The notes under the pieces: generated by a model
The model's input: the letters and a program-made list of their open reading frames with translations, nothing else
Told to the model about the DNA's origin: nothing
Database searches by the model: none
Assembly (NCBI GenBank): GCA_028534125.1
Contig: CM052816.1
Span: 44,332,001 to 44,396,000, forward strand
From: Lama glama
Taxonomy: Eukaryota
Direction: 5' to 3'
DNA: 64,000 nt
Shown: piece after piece, positions 50,101-63,612 of the stretch
How positions within the stretch are numbered: position 1 is the first letter of the stretch
How the letters are laid out: the number at the start of each line of letters is the position of its first letter
Made by a program: the position numbers and the translations under genes

Positions 50101-50980
50101 AAAGGAGACAAGAGCAAAATAAACAAATGGGACTACATCACATTAAAATGCTTTTACATAGTGAAGGAAGCAAGCTATCAACAAAATGAAAAGGCCACCT
50201 ACCAAATGGGAGAAGATACTTGCAAATGATATACCTGATAAGTGGTTAATATAGCAAATATACAAAGAAATCATACATTTCAACATCAAAAAATTAACCA
50301 ACCTGATTAAAAAACAGGCAAAGGATCTTAACAGACATTTTTTCCAAAGTAGATCTACAGATGGCCACACATGAAAAGAAGCTCAACATCACAATTTTAG
50401 GGAAATACAAATCAAAACCACAATAAGATATAATCTTACACTTGTCAGAGTAGCAATTATCAAAAAGATAACAAATAACAAATGCTGGCCAGGATGTGGA
50501 GAATAGGAAACCTCATGTACTGTTTGTAGGAATGTAAATTGGTACACTACTATGGAAAACTGTAAACAGATGCCTTCCAAAAATTAAAAATAGAACTACT
50601 ATATAATCCACCAAATACCCATTCCTGGGTATTTATCTGAAGAATACCCAAAAAACTACTTACAAAATATATATGTACCCCAATTTTCAAAGCAGCATTT
50701 TTATAATACCCAAGTTATGGAAGCAACCTAACTTCTCATGGAGAGATGAATGGATAAAAAGATATGACACACACATACACACACACAATGGAATATTACT
50801 CAGCCATAAAAAGAATGAAATCTTGCCATTTGTGACAACCTGGATGAAACTAGAGGGCTTTATGCCATTTAAAATAAGTCAGACAGAGAAGGACAAATAC
50901 TGTATGATTTCACTTTTGTGTAGAATCTAAAAAAGGAAACAAATAAACATAACAAAACAGAAACAGAATTATAGATGGAG
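47191..50980 (+). mobile_element. Layer 2 of nest: intermediate-age L1 with a long GC-rich 5'UTR and internal deletions, left part
   Basis: Starts ...GGCAGGATGGTGGAATAAGAAGAC; 5'UTR to ~49065; ORF2 remnants [13 protein letters not shown]...[12 protein letters not shown] and TTWMKLEG...SQTEKDKYCMISL. Confidence 0.92.
48060..48800 (+). repeat. Degenerate ~70-bp tandem monomer array in the L1 5'UTR
   Basis: Recurrent CAGGACCCAGCCCCACCCACCAG..GCTGACACCAGC..GGACCC..CAGCCAG units starting near 48414, 48485, 48557, 48629, 48697 and 48770. Confidence 0.8.
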
Positions 50981-52112
50981 CTGTGGGGCCAAGATGGTGG
51001 AACAGAAGGACCCTTGTAGCTCACCCTCTCCCACAAATACATCAAAACTCACATCCACAGACCCACCCAGCCAACCAGAGGACTTGCTTAACTCCAACAG
51101 AACATCACCCTCTTCAAAAGACAAATATGCCACAAATATGGTAGGAGAAAAGGAAAAAAGAAAGAAGAAAAAGCAAAACAGTGCAGGACCAGTCCCGCAG
51201 GGAGGGAGCGGCAAAGGAGGAATAGCACTCATTCACTGAATCTCCCTCTCTCCAATGGAGAGGCCAGCAGGATGGACGGGGAGCCTCCAAGGCTCAGATC
51301 TGTATGGAGCAGCCATTGACCAACAGAACTAAGTTAAATAGGCACAGAGGGTCCCTGCGACAACCAGCCCAAGATGCAAACCAGCAGCTGGGGGACGAAA
51401 CAGGCTGCCTGAGTCAGGAGGAGGACTGAGGCAGCTGCATTGAGGCAGCCCTGGGGTACTGCAGGGGGCTGCATGCTATGGCTGGGAGGGATACAGAGCA
51501 GAACAACCTGGGCCCCTCATAAATTATGAAAGAAAAAAGCAAAGCAACACGGCTGGTGTGCCCTGGGGGTAGGGGTGCCATAGCCTTTGTCTCCTCAGAC
51601 CTGTGTTGCCATTACTGGCATTTTGGGAGAAGAGAGGCAGGGCACAGCCACAGCTGCCATATCCTCCTGTGCGCAGCACCCAGGCAGGGGTGGGGCTGAA
51701 ACCTGAATTTGTACCCAGTGGCTCCGCAAACTCCTTGGCAGGACTGAGACTTATTTACAGCCCAAGGCAGATAGTATCTTTCTGCCCTGGTACCTCAGAG
51801 AACTTGTACCACCAAGACAACCAAGGAGCTGAGATTTGGCATGGAGCAGGGGTAGGGTTGTTCCGTGGTCTTCCCCAAGGCTGCCTATGGAGCGCCGATT
51901 GGAGATGGAGCAGGCAGCTGCACAGAGCAGAGGAGGGACCGGCGCCAGGAGAGGAGAGGGCGGGCAGCCACCCACCTTCCTGGCAGGAATGCAGCACGTG
52001 ATCGCAGTGCTGGGAGGGGGCTTGATCCACCCATCTGCCTTGCCCAAGCGCAGCATCTGACTGTGAATTCGGGAGTGCTAGTGACCCGCCGGCCCACTAG
52101 TGCCATAGAGAT

Positions 52113-53001
52113 ATGAACAATATGAAGAAGCAGAGGAACCACTCCCAATTAAAAGATCAAGAGAAATCCCCTGAAAACACACTCAACAAAATAAACATTG
52201 ATGGCCTACTAGATCAAGACTTCAAAAAAGGAGTGATCAAAGTATGGAAGGAACTAAAAGAGATAGTGTTTAGAGATCTAAAATATGTCAAAAATGAAAT
52301 AGAAGCTATAAAGAAGAACCAAGTAGAATTAGTAAACTCATTTGCTGAGATGAGAGCTGACCTAAAGGCTGTACAAAGCAGGCTTAGATAATGCAGAGGA
52401 ACGAATAAGTGACATAGAAGACAGGACAACAGAAAGCACCCAATCAGAACAGCTGAGAGAAAAACAAATAAAAAACAATGAAAACAACATAAGGGACCTA
52501 TGGGATAATATAAAGCATGCCAATCTACACATAATAGGGGTTTTAGAAGGGGAAGAAAGAACAAAGAGGATTGAAAAGGTATTTGAAGAAATCATGACTG
52601 AAAATTTCCCAAACCTAAAGAAGGAATTAGATATCCAAGTACAGAAAGCTCAGAGGGTCCCAAACAGACCCACACCAAGACGTATCATAATCAAGACGGC
52701 CAGAATCAAGGATAAAGAAATGATCCTAAAGGCAGCAAGAGAAAAACAAAGAATGAGTTACAAGGGAACCCCCATAAGGTTCTCAGTGGATTTCTCTGCA
52801 CAAACACTACAGGCCAGAAAGCAGTGGCAAGATATATTCAAAGTCATGAATGAAAAAAAGATGCAGCCTAGGATACTTTATCCAGCAAGGCTATTTTTTA
52901 GAATAGAAGGAGAGATAAAGAATTACACAGACAAGCAAAAACCAGAAGAGTTTAGCAACACTAAACCCATGATAAAAGAAATATTGACAGGTCTACTTTA
53001 A
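52113..53001 (+). pseudogene. L1 ORF1p (coiled-coil/RRM/CTD), frameshifted near 52385
   Basis: MNNMKKQRNHSQLKDQEKSPE...; MTENFPNLKKELDIQVQKAQRVP...PTPRRIIIK...ILKAAREK...PRILYPARL. Confidence 0.95.
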
Positions 53002-53401
53002 ATAGAAATGCAGCAGGATGCTACAGAAATGAGAAACTCATAACTGGAAAGGTGATAACTATCATGAATTGTGAATAGAATAAACAAAAAATTGTAAAAG
53101 AAGGCACCTAAATCATTAAGAGTGGGAGAGGGAAACAAGAAAATATAGAGTATATATTTTTTTAATTTCATGTTCTCTGTGTGATGGGTTTGAGATTATA
53201 TTGCTATCTGTTTAATACAAACAGTTATAGTAATGGGTTAATAGACTTACAAAAAACGGTATCCACAAGCCAAAAACTTACAAATGAGTCACAAAAACTG
53301 AATAAAATCCAAGATAATGCAAAGGAAAATTACCAAACCACAAAAGGAAGAAGAAAAGAATAAAGAGGAAATATCAAATCAACTGCAAAGATAAGTTCAA
53401 A

Positions 53402-56400
53402 ATGGCAATAAACACACATCTATCATTAATTACTGTAAATGTTAATGGACTAAATGCTCCAAGAAAAAGACATAGAGTGGCAGACTGGATAACAAAGCAA
53501 GAACCCTCAATATGTTGCATACAAGAGGCCCACTTTAGGGAGAAGGACACATATAGATTGAGAGTGAAAGGATGGAAAAGGATATTCCATGCAAATGGAA
53601 AAGCCAAAAATCAGGTGTAGCAGTACTGATTTCAGACAAAATAGACTTTAAAACAAAGGCCATAAAAAAGATAAAGAAGGACATTTTATAATGATTAAAG
53701 GAGTAATACAAGATGAGGATATTACACTCGTTAATATATATGCACCCAATATAGCAATCCCTAAGTACATAAAACAATTATTAACAGAGATAAAGGGGGA
53801 AATTGATGGGAATACAATCATTGTTGGAGATTTTAACACTGCATTAACATCACTAGACAGATCTTCCAGACAGAAAGTAAATAAGGCAACAGAGAAAATA
53901 AATGATACAATAGAAAAATTAGATTTGGTGGATATTTTCAGAGCATTACACCCCCCCCCCAAATAGAATATACATTATTTTGAAGTGCACATGGAACATT
54001 TTCTAGGATTAATTATGTGCTTAGGCACAAAAGAAGACTCAACAATTTTAATAAGATAGAAATTATCTTAAGCACCTTTACTGACCACAATGCCAGGAAA
54101 CTAGAAATCAACAACAGAGAAACAAAAGGAGAAAAAAAGGAAAGCATGGAGATTAAACAATATGCTATTAAAAAACCAATGGGTCAACGATGAAATCAAA
54201 GTTGAAATTAAAAAATACCTTGAGACAAATGAAAATGAAAACACAACCACACAAAATTTATGGGATGCAGCAAAGGCATTGCTAAGATGAAGTTTATAGT
54301 GATACAGGCCTTCTTCAAAAAAAAGAGAACAATCTCAAATAAACAATCTAATCCACCAGCTAAAAGAATTAGAAAAAGAAGAGCAAAACAAAAAAACAAA
54401 AACAAAACCCAGAAAACAAAAAACAAAAAACCCCAAAAGTCAGCAAAAGGAAGGAAATAATAAAAATCAAGGAGGAAATAAATAAAATAGAGATTAAAAA
54501 AAAACGATAGAAAAATCAATCAAACCACAAGCTGATTTCTTGAAAGAGTAAATAAAATCGACAACTTCTGGCTAAACTCACAAAGAAGAAAAAAAAGAGA
54601 GTACAAAAAGCAAAATAAGAAAGGAAAATGGAGAAATTACAACAAATAACATAGAAATACAGAATATCATATGAGAATATTATGAAAAACTATATGGAAC
54701 CAAAATGGATAACCTAGAGGAGATGGACAAATTTCTGGAAACATACAGTCCACCAAGACTGAATTAAGAAGAAACTTACTACTTGAACAAACCAATCACT
54801 AGAAATGAAATCAAATTAGCAATAAAAAAACCTCCCTACAAAAGTCCAGGACCGGAAGGATTCACTGGGGAATTCTACCAAACATACAAAGAAGAACTCA
54901 TAACAGTCCTTCTCAAACTCTTTCAGAAGATTGAAAAGAAGGGAATACTCTCAAATTCATTCTATGAAGCCGTCATCACCCTGACACCAAAACCAGGCAA
55001 AGACACCACCAAAAAAGAGAATTACAGACCAATATCACTGATGAACATAGATGCAAAAATCCTCACCAAAATATTAGCAAACAGAATCCAACAGCACATA
55101 AAAAAGATTATACATCATGATCAAGTGGGGTTCATCCCAGGGACAAAAGGGTGGTTCAACATACGCAAATCAACCATTGTAGTACGTCACATCAACAAGA
55201 GAAAGGACAAAAACCACATGATCATCTCAACAGATGCAGAAAAAGCTTTTGATAAAATTCAACACCTATTTATGATAAAAACTCTCACCAAAGTGGGTAT
55301 AGAGGGAACATATCTCAACATAATAAAAGCTATATATGACAAACCTACAGCCTGCATAGTACTAAATGGTGAAAAACTCAAAAGCTTCCCACTAAAATCT
55401 GGGACAAGACAAGGCTGCCCACTATCACCACTCCTATTCAACATAGTCTTGGAAGTCTTAGCCACAGCAATCAGGCAAGAGAGAGAAATAACTGGAAAAG
55501 AAGAGGTAAAAGTGTCACTATATGCAGATGACATGATACTATATAATAAAACCCTGAAAGCTCCACACAGAAACTACTAGAAATAATTGAAGAATTCAGC
55601 AAGGTAGCAGGTTACAAAATTAACGTACAAAAATCAGTGGCATTTCTTTACACTAACGATGAATCAACAGAAAAAGAAATTAAGGAAACAATCCCCTTTA
55701 AAATAGCACCCAAAGTAATAAAATACCTAGGAATAAATCTAACCAAGGAGGTGAAACACTTATACACAGAGAAGTATAAAACACTGATGAAGGAAATTAA
55801 AGAAGACTTAAAAAAAATGGAAAGATATCCCATGCTCCTGGACTGGAAGAATCAGTATTGTTAAACTGGTCACACTGCACAAGGCAATCTACACAGATTT
55901 AATGCGATCCCTATCCAATTACCCAAGACATATTTCACAGAACTAGAACAAATCATAATAAAATTTATATGGAATTACAAAAGAACTAGAATTGCCAAAA
56001 CATTACTGAAGAAAAAGAAAGAGGCTGGAGGAATAACTCTCCCAGACTTCAGACAATTCTATAGAGCTACAGTCATCAAGACAGCATGGTATTGGTATAA
56101 AAACAGACATATAGACCAGTGGAACAGAATAGAGTGCCCAGAAATGAACCCACAAACTTTTAGTCAACTCATCTTTGACAAAGGAGGCAAGAATATTCAA
56201 TGGAATAAAGACAGTCTCTTCAGCAAATGGTGTTGGGAAAACTGGACAGCAGCATGTAAATCAATGAAGCTAGAACACTCCCTTACACCATACACAAAAA
56301 TCAACTCAAAATGGATCAAAGACTTAAACATAAGACAAGATACAATAAACCTCCTGGAAGAAAATATAGACAAAACATTATCTGACATACATCTCAAAAA

Positions 56401-57242
56401 TGTTCTCCTAGGGCAGTCTACCCACACAATAGAAATAAAAGCAAGAATAAACAAATGAGACCTAATGAAACTTACAAGTTTCTGCACAGCAAAGGAAATC
56501 ATAAGTAAAACAATACGACAACCTACAGAATGGGAGAAAATGTTTGCAAATGATAAAACCGACAAAGGCTTGATCTCCAGAATATACAAGCAGCTCATAC
56601 AACTTAATAAAAAACAAACAACCCAATCCAAAAATGGGCAGAAGACCTAAACAAGCAATTCTCCATAGAAGACATGCAAATGTCCAATTTGCATGTGAAA
56701 AAAATGCTCAGTATCACTAATTACCAGAGAAATGCAAATCGAAACTACAATGAGGTATCACCTCACACCAGTCAGAATGGCCATCATTCAATAGTCCACA
56801 AATGACAAATGCTGGAGAGGCTGTGGAGAAAAGGGAACCCTCCTACACTGCTGGTGGGAATGCAGGTTGGTGCAGCCATTGTGGAAAACAGTATGGAGAT
56901 TCTTCAAAAGACTAGGAATAGACTTAACATATGACCCAGGAATCCCACTCCTGGGCATATATCCAGAAGGCACCCTACTTCAAAAAGACACCTGCACCCC
57001 AATGTTCATAGCAGCACTATTTACAATAGCCAAGACATGGAAACAGCCTAAATGTCTATCAACAGATGATTGGATAAAGAAGAGGTGGTATAGTTATACA
57101 ATGGAATACTACTCAGCCATAAAAAAACAACATAATGCCATTTGCAGCTACATGGATGTCCCTGGAGAATGTCATTCTAAGTGAAGTAAGCCAGAAAGAG
57201 AAAGAAAAATACTATATGAGATGGCTTATATGTGGAATCTAA
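53402..57242 (+). pseudogene. L1 ORF2p (APE endonuclease, RT, C-terminal domain), multiply disrupted
   Basis: [48 protein letters not shown] at 55521-55532; broken into at least 7 ORF pieces. Confidence 0.97.
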
Positions 57243-57598
57243 AAAACAAAAACAAAAATGAAAAACAAATACAAAACAGAAACAGACTCATAGAATTCAA
57301 ACGTGTGGTTGCCAAGGGGGTGGGGTGGGAAGGACAGACTGGGAGTTCAAAATCTGTAGATACTGACAGGTATATGTAGAATAGATAAACAAGATTATAT
57401 TGTATAGCACAGGGAAATATATACAAGATCTTGTGGTAGCTCACAGTGAAAAAAATGTGACAATAAATATATATATGTTCATGTATAACTGAAAAATTGT
57501 GCTCTACACTGGAATTTGACACAACATTGTAAAGTAACTATAACTCACGAAAAATGTTTTTAAAAAAATTTAAAAAAAAAACCGAATTATCGATGGAG

Positions 57599-58245
57599 AG
57601 AACAAACAGATGGTTTCCAGAAAGGAGGAAATAAATAGGCGAGGGAAATTAAGAGCCACACACTTGCAATTTCAAAATAAATGAGTCACAGGTATAAAAT
57701 GTAAAGTGTGCGGAATATAGTCAATAGTATTAATATTTTTATATGGAGACATATTTTAACTAGACTTATTAATGTGATCATTTTGAGGTGTACAGAAATA
57801 TTGAATCACTATGCTGCGTAACAGGAACTAACATAGTATCATAAGTCAATACTTCAAAAACAAATGAACTCAAAGAAAAAGATCAGATCTCTGGTCACCA
57901 GAGAAGGAGTATAAGAGGAGAGGGAATTGGATGTGGTCAGTCAAAAGGTACAAACTTCTAGTTATAAGATAAATAAGTACTAGGGATATAATGTACAAGA
58001 TAAAGATAATTAACACTGCTGTATGTTATATATGAAAGCTGTTAAGGGACTAAATCCTAAGAGTAGTCACCAAAAGGAAAATCTTTTTCTATTTCTTTAA
58101 TTTTGTACCTATATGAGATGGTAGATGCTCACTAAATTTATGATAATTATTTTATGATGTATGTAAGTCAAATCATGCTGCATACCTTAGACTTACACAG
58201 TGCTGTAGTCAATTATATTTCAGTAAAAGTGGAAGAAAAAATCTT
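57599..58245 (+). mobile_element. Layer 2 resumed: remainder of its 3'UTR
   Basis: AGAACAAACAGATGGTTTCCAG continues the 3'UTR interrupted at 50980 and ends ...TCAGTAAAAGTGGAAGAAAAAA. Confidence 0.9.
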
Positions 58246-58246
58246 C

Positions 58247-59705
58247 AAAAGATCATTCACTTTAGCATCATAAAAATGAAATACTTAGCTATATATCTAA
58301 CAAACTATGTTCAAGATCTATATGAGGAAAACTACAAAACTGATGAAAGAAATAAAAACATAACTAGTGAAAAGATATTCCATGTTCAAGGATAGGAAGA
58401 CTGAATATTTTAAGATTACAATTCTTCTCACCTTGGTATATAGATTCAGTACAATCCCAATTATTTTCTGGGTATTGACAAAATAATTCTTAAGTTTATC
58501 AGGAAAGTCAAAAGTTCCATAATAGCCAACACAATATTAGAGAATAACAAATGTGGAGACCTTACACTGCCCAACTTCAAAACTTACTATAATGCTTTAT
58601 TAAGTAAGAAAATGTGATAAAAGAAAATAGACAGATCAATAGAACATGATAAATTGTGTAGAAGTTGACTCATACAAACATAGTTGTTGATCTGTGACAA
58701 GGAACAAAGGCAATTCTAATGAGAAATAATATTCTGTTCCACCAACAGTGCTTGAAAACTGGACATCCAGAGGCAAAACACGAATCTAGATAGAGACCTT
58801 AACACCTTCCACAAAAATTAACTCAAAATTGAATGAAGACCTAAACGTAAAATGCAAAACAATAACAATTCAAAAGATAATATAGAAGAAAATGTAAGTG
58901 ACTGTGGGTTTGGCGATTACTTTCAGATATATCACCAAGAACGTGACCTAAGGGAAAAAAATCAGTAAGTTGGACTTCATTAAGATAAAAAGAATTTATT
59001 CCATGAAAAGCAATGTAAAGAGAATGAAAACACAAGCCACAAGTTTGGGAAAAAACAGTTGCAAAACACATACCTGATATGAGATTTTGTAACCAAACTA
59101 TGTAAAGAACTTTAAAAACCCATCAAGAATAAAACAACAAAACACAATTAAAAAGTGGGCAAAAGATCTGAAGATATCTCATCGAAAAAAGATCAACAGA
59201 TGGCAAATAAAAATATGAAACATGTTCAAAATTATATCCTTAGGGTGGCTAGTCATGACGGCTGTTATATGGAACAACAGGAATTCTCATTTTCTACTTG
59301 TGCAAATGTAAATTGGTACAGCTTCTTTGGAAGACAGTTTTGCAGATTCTTACAAAGCTAAATACAGACTAACCATAAAATCCAGCCATCAGGCTGCTAG
59401 GTATTTACTTAACTGAGTTGAAAACTTATGTCCACACAAAAACCTTCACATGAATGTTTATAGCAGCTTTATTCATAACTGCTGGAAACTGGAAGCAACC
59501 AAAATATCTGTCAATGGATAAATATACTACTTTATATCCATATAATGGAATATTATTCAGCTACAAAAGAAATGAACTATCAACCCAAGAAAAGACACGA
59601 AGGAACTTTTTTAAAAAAGGGACCTATTTCTAAATGAAAGGATCCAGTCTAAAAAAGATACATACTGCATGATTTCAAATATATGACATTCTGCAATACA
59701 AAACA
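58247..59705 (+). mobile_element. Layer 1 resumed: old L1MC-like ORF2 right half and start of 3'UTR
   Basis: AAAATGAAATACTTAGCTATATATCTAACAAAC...GAGTTGAAAACTTATGTCCACACAAAAACC...CTGCATGATTTCAAATATATGACATTCTG. Confidence 0.9.
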
Positions 59706-61626
59706 TTTTCTTAATGAGAAGCTAAAATTGTTCTCATATTAAAAAATTTGAAAATTGGGTAGTAGATAAGTTAATATTTGAAGTAATATAGTTCAATTTA
59801 TTTATTTCAATCATTATAGATGAAATACAGGTTTATTATATTCCTTAAATTATATTCATATTTCAAAAATTATTTTCACATATATGTGATATCTCAATTG
59901 CCTTGAAGAGTCTGAATAAAATATGTATTCTTAATTGTTTCCCCAAATCCAATATTCTGTATCTAACAACTCAAAGTTCAAATTACAGCATGATTCAAAT
60001 AGTAAATGTAACACATTCATACAAGAGACTGATTAAGTCAAAATTCCAAAGGAATTTTAACACCTAGACTCCTGCAAAAATGACCAAAGAAGTATTGATA
60101 TACTGCAGCTGGAGGGTTTGATCTTCATAAACTCAATTTTCATACTTCAAAATCAATTGTCTTCTATTCCTTTATGTATCTATTGATTCCACAGGAAAAT
60201 GCTTTTATAAAAATCAATGTGTAAAAGACTTCTTTTATAGTCTTCTCTTTCTCTCTTCACAAAGTTGTTTGATGTTTTACTGTGAATACTAAGTACTCCT
60301 AATGATCAAAATGTAAAAGTTGTTCATAACAATTTATGAATGAGAGAAACATGGTATCATCTTGATGTCATAAGAAAAAGTTTCTGTTTCATCTCACATG
60401 TAAATATACTGTTCAGGAATTTCTTTACCTATATTGGGATTTACTTTGGAAAAAATTCTATGTACTATTTTCACTTAATTATTTAATTAATCTGAATTAA
60501 TAGTAATTAACCACATTTAAGCCTCCCTTTCCACAATGTACTATATAACACATTCAGTGAATAATGATTATTATAAAGCACTTTTAAATAAGTGCTTATC
60601 ATATCTGTGAGAAAATCTAGGTCAAACACATAAAATCCTTGGTGAGGGGATTAGTCTCTTTAAAATACAGCACTCCCTCTACCATAGATTTAGACAATAC
60701 TTTTGGATCAGCAATGAAAAACCTTGAAGATGAGAATATCCATCATATGAAAAGTGCTAATCACAAAGCATTATCTTTGCCTATTAAAAATTATTCAAAT
60801 AGATGGATTTTCAAATTTGACTTTAAAACCCAAATTTCATGTATACACTTGGTCAATCACCTACACTCGGACATTTCCTTACATAGCTGCTTGATGTCAA
60901 ATGTGCGTTTTTTTCTGTATTCACTTTCTTGTTCAACTTGCAGTTTAAAAAAATTCATCCAAAACTGGCTTTGTCAGTGCATAGTAAAAGAACTGGAACT
61001 GAAACTATATTGAGAACAATGTTTTTAGTCTCCAAAGTATTGGGTTATCTCTAGAAGGGAGTTTAAGAAGTGCAGAGAGCCTTTCTGATTAAACCCGTAA
61101 TTAATAAGCTTTCATCGCCTCCCTACTTCTCTTTTTGCCACTTGCTCTTCTCTCCCTGTTCTTTTGATATCTCTAATTAAGAAGTGAAAGTTCAACATAA
61201 AATTGTTTGAACTTTGGGAAAGAAAAATGCCCATTTGAAAGGATGTGACTGCATTTGACCTCAACTGCTCTGAAACTTAGAGAAAGAAAAGTGGTAGACA
61301 GATGGGCAAAGATGAAGGATGTCTGACCAGGAATACGGTTGTTAGTGTAATAAAAACCATGGACTTGAAGGGATTTCATCAGTCAAAGCCTTTTGATAAT
61401 AAAACAACTAAACAAACATGAGCCAAACTCTTGCATTATTCAGTCTAACATCTATATTCATAATTACATACTTAAAATACCTGATACGTAAGATAGGTAT
61501 ATTTTTTCATTAAAATGATTCACACATTATAATTATAAAAGTAGAGGTCTTCTTTGATTGTTTTGGGGGGTTTCTTTTCTATTTGTTTTGGAAAATTTTT
61601 ATTTTAGTTTCTTTGAATTCTTTCAC

Positions 61627-61725
61627 CTACTCATTCAACAAATATTAATCACATACAAAGAGGAAAGCACGACTCTGTGCACTTAGAATATAAGCATAAG
61701 CAGTGAACAAAACAGACAAAGCTGT
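61627..61725 (-). mobile_element. L2 3' tail fragment
   Basis: CTCATTCAACAAATATT...GCAGTGAACAAAACAGACAAAG. Confidence 0.6.
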
Positions 61726-63612
61726 CAGGAAAAACTAAGGCTTTGAAAAGGACAAAATATATTACTAGCTATCCTTTCAATGACATGCTCACATTGACTA
61801 GTGGAGTCTGGAGAGTATCTGATTCTATCAAGGTGTGCATTTTTAATTATTTTTCAAATATTATATGAAAATTAAATTATAGAAAATTGATAATACAACT
61901 GATTTCTGTTCATGACAATGCAAATGAACATCACCCAGTAGTAGTAAATCTCTCTAAGTCAAATTTTCAATCCAACAGATTAAAACGTTATTGATTCCTT
62001 CAGTCAATTAAATGATAAAATCTCTGACATGTTCAATTAATACCTGGTGAGAGTCTTGATTTTACCATTTTGAAAATTTTATTTTAACAAGGTGCCTGCC
62101 TTTTGTATAAGATCTAGTTGATCTTATATAAATTCCTGAACTGCAAAATAAAGTATTCTTAACATTCATTATAGTAAGATGGCTTCTGGAAGCCAGAACT
62201 CCTCATTTATTTTAGCAAAAAGAAAAGCAAATAGAGAATATTTTTCAAGAGTCTGGGCTTCCAAAACAAATCTATCCATTCTGAAATGCCTGAAAGTGAG
62301 GGTATGCTGTTTCCTTGGTTTCCTATGCCTTTAACTCTGGTTTGGAGCAGTCAGATTGTATGATTTTTGGATAATGATTTTTGCTAGTTAACCTGAAATG
62401 AAAGTATACACATTGTTTGCAGAGTTGATGGTAAATATAGTTGAACACCCACTGTGCAGTTTACAAGATCCAGCTGGTTATTATACGCTTTTATGAATAG
62501 TCAATAAAACTTAATAGATACCCATTTCTAGTACCTTACTCCCAGAGCCACCATCAGGTGGAAAATCAGCCCACTTGGAAGAGAATGTTACATCATTTAA
62601 TCACAAACCCTGACAATCCTAGGATCTGGTATTCACTAGTGACACCTGTGAGTGAAAACATAGGAACTAAAGATATGTGTAGGCTTGAGTAGTGTGATAA
62701 TTGAACATATTGGTATAAAATTTTTCTGAAAATGTCTGAAATTTTACCAAATCCTCTTGAATACATTCTGTAAGTTTCTTACTTATTGATTACTTAGGTG
62801 GTTATATAAACCAACTTTAAGAATCATTTCATTATGAACTGATCAGAGCACCAGTTTAATAAGATAGCTTGTTCAAGGAAAATTGTATATATAAGCTATA
62901 TTTAGATGATGAAAATATTGATTATAAACAAATATATTAATTGATAAATCCTAACAAATAATTTATTTCTGAATATAGTTGGTATACTTGTACTTTTCCA
63001 AAATGCTATAAATTCTGATTTTAAAATTTGCTACTTGAAACTTTCAACCCACCAAAATTTGCTAACTACTTGGTTAAATAATTTAACTCTCTCTCCTTTT
63101 ACTCTCGGCACAGAAACAGCACTTTATTCTCAAAACACATTGCAGATTGGATGATGACATATTTCACAAAGGCTAAATAAAACAATTATTTAGTGATTGC
63201 TACCACTACACTTCACTTGGAGGTAAACGATTACAGCAGATTTAGCAGGCATGCTGAATTATAATCTGGAAAGGGCAAACTGGTATTGACACCATCAGCA
63301 GAATCCAATTGGAGATTTCTAAGCTGCACTGCCCTCTCCCTTTGCAGAGAGAAGTTTATAATTTAAAGTAACAATAACAATAATCATAATGCCAGTAGTT
63401 AAGATGACTGGTTGGCTTTCTAGTAGGAAAAAAACAATAAAGGTAATTATGTATTTTTTAAATTTTATCAGGCTATGACATTTCCTTTGAAAATAAATAT
63501 AGATAGAATCCAAGTGCCAAATACTTTCTCCTTGCCTTATAGTAGATGTATGTGTTCTCCCTGCACATCGACTATTTTACTGTTATATAGAAATCGCCTC
63601 CCCAGACTTTCA

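Larger units (their letters stand above)
50981..57578 (+). mobile_element. Layer 3 of nest: full-length young LINE-1 (6.6 kb), inactivated
   Basis: GCCAAGATGG (YY1-like) start, GC-rich 5'UTR, ORF1, ~400-bp spacer, ORF2, 3'UTR and A-tail. TSD AAAC(A/C)GAATTAT(A/C)GATGGAG at 50961-50980 and 57579-57598. Confidence 0.98.

Noticed and set aside
54783..55580. 265-aa RT ORF as a novel or functional reverse-transcriptase system
   Set aside because: It is an ordinary L1 ORF2 fragment between frameshifts, with a small in-frame deletion before YADD.
57314..57333. G-rich tracts in L1 3'UTRs (also near 2055, 5862 and 41030)
   Set aside because: Well-known generic L1 3'UTR feature.
60639..61013. 124-aa ORF
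   Set aside because: Non-ATG start, AT-rich composition and no recognisable homology.
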